Of a DNA stretch of 13,502 bases, positions 6,345-13,502 are shown piece by piece (within the stretch, counting starts at the first letter, position 1; every line of letters begins with the position of its first letter). The position numbers and the translations under genes are program-made. Source of the DNA: Archangium sp. (GTDB lineage Bacteria; Myxococcota; Myxococcia; Myxococcales; Myxococcaceae); assembly GCA_031367385.1 (NCBI GenBank), contig JANLPS010000374.1, positions 1 to 13,502 on the forward strand, in the 5' to 3' direction. The notes below the pieces were generated by a model. That model was given only the letters and a program-made list of their open reading frames with translations, searched no databases and had not been told where the DNA came from.

Positions 6345-9300
6345 TTAGCGCCCGGCGGTAGCGCTGAAGAGCGTGCTGCCATTGTTGCCAACCACCCAGA
6401 GCCGGTTCGGGTCGTTGGTCGACACGGTGATGCCGTTCACCGTGTTGAGCGAGTTGGTGATGAGCGGGGCCCAGGTTTCGCCGTCGTCGAGCGACTTGAA
6501 GAGCCCACCGTAGCCACCGGCGTACCAAGTGGTGGTTCCCGCGGCGTGCTCGATGGCGTTGAACACCTGGTTGGTGCCCGACGGCTTGAGCGCCCAGCTC
6601 ACACCGTGGTCGAGGCTCTTGTAGATAGTGCCGTTGACGCCCACCGCGATGGCGACGCCGCTGAAGTCAGACTTCACGGCAACGTCGGTGAAGACCGCGC
6701 CGGGCACGCCCGCTCCGTTCGACCACGTGGTGTTGTTGAGCAGCCGCACCGAGCCGGCGCTGCCCACGACGATGGCGCGCGGCGTGGTGCCGCCTACGAG
6801 GTACGTGGCCACGCCGTTGTAGCTCTCGGTCGTCGCCGCGACGGTCTGCACCGTCCAGCTGCCGGGCAGGGCGCCAGTGCTGACCATCACGGTGGCGTTG
6901 GTGCCGACAGCGATGCACGCGGTGTTGCTCCGGCAGTCGACGTCGTTGAGCGTGTTGGTGACCGCGGCGCTGTCTGCGTGCGTGGTCCACGCGGTGCCGC
7001 CGTTGAGTGTGTAGCCGATGTAGCCCGCGGTGCCGACGACGTACCCTTGCGCCGTGGCCGCGGTGCCGCCGACGTCGAGCAGATGCGCGCCGTACAGGGT
7101 ATTGCCCACCAACGCTTGCTGGCTCCAGGCTGCGCCCCCGTTGACGGTGCGCAGAATCAGCCCGCTGCCGCCGACCGCCCAGGCCGTCTGGTTGAAGAGG
7201 CCGCCGCGCGGTATGTGCACCTGGAGCAAGACCGCCCGCGTGTTGGTCGACACCTCGGTCCACGTGGGGCCCGCGGTGATGGTCTTGAGCAAGCCACCGC
7301 CGGGAGACCCCGCCGCCAACTCGGTACTCGAGCGCGCGACGATCGACGAGATGGTCTGAATGATGTTGGGCGACTGCGGTATCACCTGGTCGGTGCGCGT
7401 GGTGCCCTGCATGCGGGCGATGGTGCCCGCCGATGAGCCGGTGACGTCGCCGCCAACCCACAAATCGGTGACGTTGGGCGCCGCGAGTGCGTGCACGTTG
7501 AAGCCGGCCAGGCCGCTGTTCGCTGTCCAACTCTGGCCGCCGTCGTTCGAGCGCAGCAGCGGAGACTTACCCACCGGCACGACGCCGCCCAGAAAGAGCG
7601 TGTCGGTACCGGCGGCGTTGACGACCGCGTTGAAGGTCACGCCGGCCACGCCGACGTAGCCCGAGGGCAGGTTGGTGATCTTCGCCCAGGTGATGCCGTG
7701 ATCGGCCGAGCGGAGCACGGTGCCGTTGGCGCCCGCCGCGATCAGCACGTCACCGTTGGCGCACACGGTGCCGCCCGAGCAGTTGGCGACCGTCAACAGC
7801 GTGTCGGTCACGCCAGAAGGTGTCGGCGAGAACGTACCGCCGAAGCCATTGATGCCATGCACGATGGTGCCCGAAGCGCCGACCGCGACGTAGTGCGCCG
7901 CCAGCCCTGCGCTGCCCGCGAAGGTGAAGGCGTAGAGGTCTTGCGTGGTGCCGGTGGGCACGAGGTTGAACACCACCCCGAGATCGCTGCTCAGCGAGAG
8001 GTGCCCCTGCTGCCCCACCGTCCACACGTTGACGCCGCCAGCGATGACCCCGTAGAGGTGGCCATCGGTCATCGGGTCACGCCGTACCCACGTGGCCATG
8101 CCGTCATCGGAGCTCACCAACAGGCCCGCGTAGCCGATCGCGAAGTAGCGATTGGTCGGGCCGCTGCCCACGAAGGCAACGCCGTTGATGTTGCTGGCCG
8201 TCGGCTCACGGTACTGGTGGCTGAAGGCGTACTGCGGCGTACCGTTGGCCTCGGGCGAGTTCGGGCTCTTGTTGCCGGCGAGGTCGACCGCGCGAACCAC
8301 CGCGAACTGCGGCACGCCGTTGGGCCTGGTGAGGTTGGTGGTGAAGACGGTGAGCAATGAGCCGAAGGTATACGGCCCCCCGCTGGTGGTGCTGGTGCCG
8401 ACCTCGTAGCCCGCCATGCCCGAGGTCGCGTCGGTGCTGGCAGCCCAGGTCAGACCGAGGGTGCGATGCGAGGTGCCCACGCCCGGCACGGCAGGGGTGC
8501 TGGGGGCGTTGGTGTCGAGCACGATGCTGTCGGTCGCCACCGCGCTCACGTTGCCTGCGCCGTCTTGAAACCAGGCCCACGCCGAACGCACGCCATCGGT
8601 GATCGAGAAGAGGTTGACGCTCACGCTGCTGCTGAAGGCGGTGAAACACGGGTCATTCGCCGCAGGGGTCGCGGGGGGCACCAGCGAGTTCGTGAAGACG
8701 AGGCACATTTTGGTCACGGCCGAGGTCGCGTCGGTCGCGGTGAGGGTCACCGTCGCCGCGGGCGTCGTGGCGTAGCTCGCGCCGCCGTTGATGCTCACCG
8801 TACCGGTCGGAGCGACCGTGTCGATGGTGATGGTGGCCGAGGCCGTGCCGCTGGTGTTGCCGGCGCCGTCACCGACCGTCATGTACAGCGTGCGAAGGCC
8901 CTCGCCCGCGCTGAACGTGAACGGCAACATGGCCGAGTAGCCGGTGTTGGTGGGGAAGTTGACGCCGTCGAGCGAGAACGAGGCCTGGGTGACCGCCGAG
9001 CCCGGTGCGGGGTCGCTCGCGGTCGTGGTGGCGATGACACTCAACGACTTGCTGTAGGTGGCGCCACCGTTGAGCTGGAGACTCGACAATGAAGGCGACA
9101 CCGAGTCGAGCCCGATGGTGTCGCTGATGCTGGCGACGGTGTAGTTGCCCGCCGCGTCTTTGAACCAGGCGTACACGGTCTTCGCGCCCTGAGCGCTCGA
9201 GAGCACGAACGGGGCGCTCGAAGAGACCAGCGGCGCCCAGCACGCGTCGGTGGCCGAGGTGGGCGGCGCGTTGAGCTCTTTTGCACAGAAGTGAGTGACG

Positions 9301-11021
9301 CTGCTCGCCGCGTCGCTGGCGGTGAAGCCGAGAGTCACGGCGGTGCTGGTGGTGAAGAGGTTGGTGCCGTCGATCTGCAGAGTGCCGGGCACCGGCGGCG
9401 TGGTGTCGAGGTTGATGCTGTCGGTCGAGGTCGACCGGTTGCCCGCGGCGTCTGTCGCGCGGAGCGTCACCGAGCGGCTGCCGTCGGCGCCAGCGAGCAG
9501 GGTCCACGCAGCGGGTGACGCCGTCAGCGCCACGAAGGCGATGCCATCGTTGCTGGCTTCAATCTTCGAGACGCCGGTGCCGGTGTCGGTCGCCGTCCAC
9601 GACAGAGAAGCGACGGTCGTGTTGGTGGCCGCTGCCGCGTTGTTGATGTTGAACGAGGTGATGGTCGGCGGGGCAGAATCGAGCGTTATGGTGTCGGTGA
9701 ACTGAGCAGTGACGTTGACGCTGTCGCGCACTTCGACGGTGACGGTCTTGTCGCCATCACCTCCGCTGAGCACCCAGGCCTTCGTTGCCGCGTAGCTCTC
9801 GAAGGCGGTGAAGGTGACGCCATCATTCGAGAAGCGCATCTGCGAGAGCGTGGCGGGCGAGGTGGCCATCACGCTCAGGGTGATGGTGACCGCGGCGGTG
9901 ATGGTTGAAGCGGCTCCGGCGTTGACCACCACCGAGCCAGAGACGGCGCCTTGCTGCACGGTGAAGGCGAGGTTGCCCGAGTTGAAAGCAGTGAAGGCGC
10001 TGGCCGACCCATTCGAGTCGACCGCGCGCACCTGCCACTTGTACGAGCCCGCGCTCAGCGTGCCGAGCGAGAGCTGGAGCAGCCCTGCCGGCCCGAGCGC
10101 CGCGCTGTGCGTGGCAACGTTGGTGAAGGCGGTGGCGAGGGGGCGCAGCTCGACCTCGAGCTTCACGGTATCGCCTTCGGGGTCTGCCACCGTCGCGGTC
10201 AGTCGCGGCGTCGTCGTGACGGTCGCGCCCGCGGCAACCGGCCCGTTCGCGCCATCGACTTGGCCCGGCGTGGCGAGCGTGGGCGGCTGATTCGGGGCGG
10301 GCGAAACGATGAGGTTGAACGAGCGGGCGTCGGTCAACACGCCGTCGCTCACGGTGGCGGTGATCAACTGCGTGAGCACGGTGCCCACGGGCGGCGTAAA
10401 GGTGATTGTGCCGGCGGTGAGCGAGGCGAAGGCCGGCAGTGTCGAGGTGCTGTAGGTGAGGGCGTCACCATCGGCGTCGGTGCCTTGCAGGGTCAGCAGG
10501 CCGCTCGCCCCCGCGACGATGCTCACGTCGGCGATGGGCTGCAGTACCGGGGGCTGATTCACGTTGGTGACCGTGACGGCGAGCACTCCGTCGGTGCTCG
10601 ATTTGCCGTCTGAGACGCGCACGGCGAGCTGGTAGGTGCCGGCGTTCGTGAAGCCCGGAGCAAGCGTGATGACGGCGCCAACCAGTGACGCGAAGGCGGG
10701 CGGGCTCTGCAGCGAGAAGGTCAACGCGTCGCTCTCGGCGTCAGTTGCGGTCAGCGTCACCGTGGCCGTCGTGCCTTCGTCGAGCGTGCGTGGCGAGAGC
10801 GCACCGAACACGGGCGCGGTGTTCGCGCCGCCCGCATCTGACCCGCCACCGATGCCACCGCCCGACCCGCCGCCCGTTCCTCCACCGGTGCCGCCTGCGT
10901 CGGTGCCATGGCTGCCGCCGCCGCCGCTGCCGCCGCCCGACCCCGTGGCAGGGGCAGACGAACCACCGCAAGCCACGCCGAACGCCAACGCCAGAGCCAT
11001 CGTGAGTCGGAGCAAGTTCAT
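6345..11021 (-). CDS. Giant surface lipoprotein (1558 aa): lipobox, Gly-rich linker, 2 cadherin/Ig-like domains, Ig/FN3-like domain, 5 Ig-like repeats, FN3 domain, Asp-box (BNR/YCF48-like) beta-propeller region
   Basis: MNLLRLTMALALAFGVA-C18 lipobox and a GGGSGGG..DAG linker. NTAPVF..TDAESDALTFSL..VRVSDG and NQPPVL..TDADGDALTYS..TVSDG are cadherin-like. Five ~95-aa repeats end in LDSAPP/LDTTPP/LDSVSP/IDTVAP/LDTNAP. FN3 motif LTWAASTDATSGMAGYEV..VRAVDLAGN. Asp boxes SDDGMATW, SADHGITW, SNDGGQSW, TVNGGAAW, TLNGGTAW, SLDHGVSW, SLDDGETW. Confidence 0.92.
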   Translation of the reverse strand: MNLLRLTMALALAFGVACGGSSAPATGSGGGSGGGGSHGTDAGGTGGGTGGGSGGGIGGGSDAGGANTAPVFGALSPRTLDEGTTATVTLTATDAESDALTFSLQSPPAFASLVGAVITLAPGFTNAGTYQLAVRVSDGKSSTDGVLAVTVTNVNQPPVLQPIADVSIVAGASGLLTLQGTDADGDALTYSTSTLPAFASLTAGTITFTPPVGTVLTQLITATVSDGVLTDARSFNLIVSPAPNQPPTLATPGQVDGANGPVAAGATVTTTPRLTATVADPEGDTVKLEVELRPLATAFTNVATHSAALGPAGLLQLSLGTLSAGSYKWQVRAVDSNGSASAFTAFNSGNLAFTVQQGAVSGSVVVNAGAASTITAAVTITLSVMATSPATLSQMRFSNDGVTFTAFESYAATKAWVLSGGDGDKTVTVEVRDSVNVTAQFTDTITLDSAPPTITSFNINNAAAATNTTVASLSWTATDTGTGVSKIEASNDGIAFVALTASPAAWTLLAGADGSRSVTLRATDAAGNRSTSTDSINLDTTPPVPGTLQIDGTNLFTTSTAVTLGFTASDAASSVTHFCAKELNAPPTSATDACWAPLVSSSAPFVLSSAQGAKTVYAWFKDAAGNYTVASISDTIGLDSVSPSLSSLQLNGGATYSKSLSVIATTTASDPAPGSAVTQASFSLDGVNFPTNTGYSAMLPFTFSAGEGLRTLYMTVGDGAGNTSGTASATITIDTVAPTGTVSINGGASYATTPAATVTLTATDATSAVTKMCLVFTNSLVPPATPAANDPCFTAFSSSVSVNLFSITDGVRSAWAWFQDGAGNVSAVATDSIVLDTNAPSTPAVPGVGTSHRTLGLTWAASTDATSGMAGYEVGTSTTSGGPYTFGSLLTVFTTNLTRPNGVPQFAVVRAVDLAGNKSPNSPEANGTPQYAFSHQYREPTASNINGVAFVGSGPTNRYFAIGYAGLLVSSDDGMATWVRRDPMTDGHLYGVIAGGVNVWTVGQQGHLSLSSDLGVVFNLVPTGTTQDLYAFTFAGSAGLAAHYVAVGASGTIVHGINGFGGTFSPTPSGVTDTLLTVANCSGGTVCANGDVLIAAGANGTVLRSADHGITWAKITNLPSGYVGVAGVTFNAVVNAAGTDTLFLGGVVPVGKSPLLRSNDGGQSWTANSGLAGFNVHALAAPNVTDLWVGGDVTGSSAGTIARMQGTTRTDQVIPQSPNIIQTISSIVARSSTELAAGSPGGGLLKTITAGPTWTEVSTNTRAVLLQVHIPRGGLFNQTAWAVGGSGLILRTVNGGAAWSQQALVGNTLYGAHLLDVGGTAATAQGYVVGTAGYIGYTLNGGTAWTTHADSAAVTNTLNDVDCRSNTACIAVGTNATVMVSTGALPGSWTVQTVAATTESYNGVATYLVGGTTPRAIVVGSAGSVRLLNNTTWSNGAGVPGAVFTDVAVKSDFSGVAIAVGVNGTIYKSLDHGVSWALKPSGTNQVFNAIEHAAGTTTWYAGGYGGLFKSLDDGETWAPLITNSLNTVNGITVSTNDPNRLWVVGNNGSTLFSATAGR
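8502..9945 (-). repeat. Five diverged ~95-aa Ig-like repeats (approximate bounds)
   Basis: Each unit starts [IVL]-[ND]-x-G-A-x2-[TS]-like, contains G-x-[KR]-[TS]-V-x5-D-x-A-G-N-like and ends D-[TS]-I-x-L-D-[TS]-x2-P-like. Confidence 0.75.
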
Positions 11022-11100
11022 GGCGGCCGCGTTTGCAACCGCGGAGCCATCAACAGACGCTCAACAATCAACCTCTTGAGCGGCTGCGCACATGAGTGCA

Positions 11101-11122
11101 GCTGGCACTGTGCCTGGCACAG
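11101..11122. promoter_or_regulatory. Candidate regulatory site of overlapping GGCAC repeats in the divergent intergenic region
   Basis: gCTGGCACTGTGCCTGGCACAG contains palindrome GGCAC-T-GTGCC (11104-11114), palindrome CTGTGCC-T-GGCACAG (11108-11122) and direct repeat CTGGCAC at 11102 and 11114. The minus strand reads AGGCACAGTGCCAGCT, which has GG-N10-GC spacing. Confidence 0.3.
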
Positions 11123-11143
11123 CGGTACAAGCGGCACCCTTTG

Positions 11144-13502
11144 ATGTCGCTCCACACGCAGGACGCAGCACTCGATGTAGGCAACCAGAGCAGCGCGCTT
11201 CGGCCGGTCGACGTCGAGCGGTATGAGGTGTCGAGCGACCCACAGCTCGGTGCGGGCGGCCTGGGCACGGTGCTCCGTGCCCGCGACAAGCGCCTCAACC
11301 GGTGGGTGGCCATCAAGCTGCTGCGGCGGTTGTCGGCAGAGCACGAGCAGCGCTTCTTCTACGAAGCCGAGCTGACCGCGCGGCTCGAGCACCCGGCGAT
11401 CGTGCCCGTGCATGACGTCGGGCGCTGGCACAGCGGCGAGCCGTTCTACGCGATGAAGCTGGTCGAAGGGCAGTCGCTGCGGGAGCTCGTCAGAGGCTGC
11501 ACCTCGCGCTCGGCGCGGCTGCCCTTGCTCGTCAACGTGTTCACGGTGTGCGACGCCCTCGGCTTCGCGCACGCGCGCGGCGTCATTCACCGCGATCTCA
11601 AGCCGTCGAACGTGATGGTGGGCCAGTTCGGTGAAACGATGCTCATCGACTGGGGCCTCGCCCGGCAGGTGGGAGCGGCGGACCCGGCGGTGATCAGCGG
11701 CACGCCCCACTACATGCCGCCCGAGCAGGCCACGGGCCAGAGCGTCGACGCGCGCAGTGATGTCTATGCGCTGGGGGCGATGCTCTACGAGGTGCTCAGC
11801 GGCCGCGCGCCCTACGAAGGCACGCCGTCGAACGAGGTGCTGGCTCAGGTCAAGCTGCGCCCGCCCGAGGCCCTGCTCACGCTCGAGCCCGAAGCACCGC
11901 ACGAGCTGGTCGCCATCGTCGAGAAGGCGATGCACCGCGACCCCTCGCAGCGCTATGCCGACGCGCGCGGCGTGGGTGCCGAGCTGCGCCGGTATTTTGA
12001 CGGGCACCTCGTCGGCGCGTACGACTACTCACTCTGGCAGCGCGCTCGGCGGGCGGTGACCCAGAACAAGCCGGTCGCGGCAGCCATCGCCGTGGGGTTG
12101 GCGGCGGTGGTGAGCCTGGGCATCGTGAGCCTCGGCCGCATCGTCACCGAGCGCGATCTCGCCCGAGACGCCCGGGCCCACGCCGAGCAGGAGCGAGCCA
12201 CCGCAGAGGCCCGGCGCGACGCGCTGCTCTTCTCGCAGGCCCAGCTGTGGCTCGAGAAAGACCCCACGACCGCCTTCGCCTGGGTTCGCAGCTTCGCCGC
12301 GACGAAGAGCGCGCGCCCCGCGTCGGTCTCGCGCATCGCCGCCGAGGCAGTGTCGAGAGGGGTTGCCTCGCAGCTGACCCGCGGCCGCAAGCGCGTCACG
12401 CTCTCGCCCGACGGCAATACCCTGGCCGGCATCGAAGGCGACCGGCTCGTTCTGTGGTCTCTGACAGACGCCCACACGCGGTCGCTCGGCCGCGTCGCAA
12501 GCCAGCTGTCGGTGCTGCGCTTCGCCCCTGATGGCCGCTCGCTGCTCGCGGCCGAAGGCTTGACGCTGCGTCGCTGGCCGCTGGACGGAGCGGAGCCGGT
12601 CACGCTCTTCATCGCTCCCCAGCCGCTCACCGCGCTGTGTGTGAGCGGCGCGAGCATTGCCGTGGGTGGTGACGAGGGCGGCCTCTGGTCGAGCAGCGGT
12701 CAAACCTTCGAGGCGCACCCTTCGCTCGGCGCCCGCATCAACTGGCTCGAAGCGTCGAGCGTGCACCAGCGGGTGGTGGCGAACGACCTCGATGGCAAGT
12801 TCGAGATTTTGGCGCTCGCGAAGCCCGGCCCCGCGCTCTTCGTCGGGCAGAGCGAGGGCGGCGCCCGCATGTCAGCCGATGGTACGCGTGTCGGCTGGAG
12901 CAGCGCTGGCGGCTCGCTGTGGGCCTTCGACATCGCCCGCGGTGTCCGCAGCGCCCTGCCAACGCCTCACCAGGGAGGCGCGGTACCTGCGGTGGCCCTC
13001 TCGGCCGATGGCCGGTGGCTGGCCTCGTTCGGGCAAGACAAGCTGGTGGTGCTCGACGACCTCGTCACCCTCGAGCGCCGGGTGCTCAAGGGCCACGAGG
13101 GCTGGGTCATCAACGGCGCGTTCTCGCCCGATGGGCGACAGCTGATCACCGTCTCGACCGATCGCACCGCGCGCCTGTGGGACCTCGAGACCCAAGACGT
13201 GCAAGTGCTCCGCGGGCACAGCTCGCCCTTTCGCACCTTCGCCTTCACCCCCGACAGCCAACTCGTCGTCACAGCCGACGCTGACGGCGAAGTGCGGGTG
13301 TGGCGAGGGCTCGCGCCGGTCGAGCAGATCTTTCGCGGCCACGCCTCAGACTCGATCGAAGCGCGCTTTCTGCCCGACGGCCGGGTGGCCTCGGCCGGTG
13401 AAGACGGGCAGCTCAATCTCTGGTCACCGCTCAGCGGGCAGCGCCTCGCGCTCAACGAGACCGGCCCGGGCGGGAGCTTGAGCGTGAGCGCGAACGGCTG
13501 GC
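11144..13502 (+). CDS. Membrane-anchored Hanks-type Ser/Thr protein kinase with C-terminal WD40 repeats (3' end beyond window)
   Basis: Manual translation from ATG 11144: MSLHTQD...RYEV..LGAGGLGTV..VAIKLL..RFFYEAELTARLEHPAIVPVHD..HRDLKPSNVM..IDWGLAR..GTPHYMPPEQ..SDVYALGAMLYEVLSG..RDPSQRY. TM segment VAAAIAVGLAAVVSLGIVSLG (about 12074-12136). WD40 units LKGHEGWVINGAFSPDGRQLITVSTDRTARLWD, LRGHSSPFRTFAFTPDSQLVVTADADGEVRVW, FRGHASDSIEARFLPDGRVASAGEDGQLNLW. No stop before the window end, so it is absent from the ORF track. Confidence 0.94.
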   Translation, partial: MSLHTQDAALDVGNQSSALRPVDVERYEVSSDPQLGAGGLGTVLRARDKRLNRWVAIKLLRRLSAEHEQRFFYEAELTARLEHPAIVPVHDVGRWHSGEPFYAMKLVEGQSLRELVRGCTSRSARLPLLVNVFTVCDALGFAHARGVIHRDLKPSNVMVGQFGETMLIDWGLARQVGAADPAVISGTPHYMPPEQATGQSVDARSDVYALGAMLYEVLSGRAPYEGTPSNEVLAQVKLRPPEALLTLEPEAPHELVAIVEKAMHRDPSQRYADARGVGAELRRYFDGHLVGAYDYSLWQRARRAVTQNKPVAAAIAVGLAAVVSLGIVSLGRIVTERDLARDARAHAEQERATAEARRDALLFSQAQLWLEKDPTTAFAWVRSFAATKSARPASVSRIAAEAVSRGVASQLTRGRKRVTLSPDGNTLAGIEGDRLVLWSLTDAHTRSLGRVASQLSVLRFAPDGRSLLAAEGLTLRRWPLDGAEPVTLFIAPQPLTALCVSGASIAVGGDEGGLWSSSGQTFEAHPSLGARINWLEASSVHQRVVANDLDGKFEILALAKPGPALFVGQSEGGARMSADGTRVGWSSAGGSLWAFDIARGVRSALPTPHQGGAVPAVALSADGRWLASFGQDKLVVLDDLVTLERRVLKGHEGWVINGAFSPDGRQLITVSTDRTARLWDLETQDVQVLRGHSSPFRTFAFTPDSQLVVTADADGEVRVWRGLAPVEQIFRGHASDSIEARFLPDGRVASAGEDGQLNLWSPLSGQRLALNETGPGGSLSVSANGW

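Noticed and set aside
6345..8215. YCF48-like propeller taken as evidence of photosystem II assembly
   Set aside because: Asp-box propellers are widespread in non-phototrophs. Here it is the tip of a giant Ig-stalk lipoprotein and no photosynthesis genes are in the window.
6270..10613. Long plus-strand ORFs opposite the giant lipoprotein (6270..7436, 7491..8360, 8466..9092, 9951..10613)
   Set aside because: Antisense shadows with no recognisable motifs, typical of high-GC coding DNA.
11018..13455. Minus-strand ORFs 11018..12007, 12025..12657, 12029..12766, 12967..13455
   Set aside because: They are antisense to the clearly recognisable kinase-WD40 gene on the plus strand.

Overview
Very GC-rich bacterial window, gene-dense, with five protein-coding genes and no RNA genes, mobile elements or CRISPR that I can see. 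Gene style (Cys-rich and Gly-linker lipoproteins, DWG-type kinase-WD40) suggests Myxococcota; this is inference. (1) <1..2862 (-): a >954-aa cysteine-rich lipoprotein, absent from the ORF track because it runs off the left edge. It has a lipobox, Gly linker, three Cys-rich repeats, a disintegrin-like motif and eight tandem 59-60-aa thrombospondin-1-like repeats. (2) 2927..4912 (+): a single-ORF fusion of a bacterial tRNA-guanine transglycosylase (Tgt) with an MnmC/MnmD-type SAM-dependent methyltransferase. The Tgt half keeps its catalytic, preQ1-pocket and Zn residues but has changes at RNA-contact positions. (3) 5003..6325 (+): an orphan TolC-family outer-membrane protein. (4) 6345..11021 (-): a 1558-aa lipoprotein with a cadherin/Ig-like stalk, FN3 domain and Asp-box beta-propeller head. 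(5) 11144..>13502 (+): a membrane Ser/Thr kinase with WD40 repeats, also missing from the ORF track. The best candidate for a new system is the Tgt-methyltransferase fusion, which may insert preQ1 and N-methylate it, or couple G34 and U34 wobble modification. All family calls come from manual motif recognition; no searches were run.
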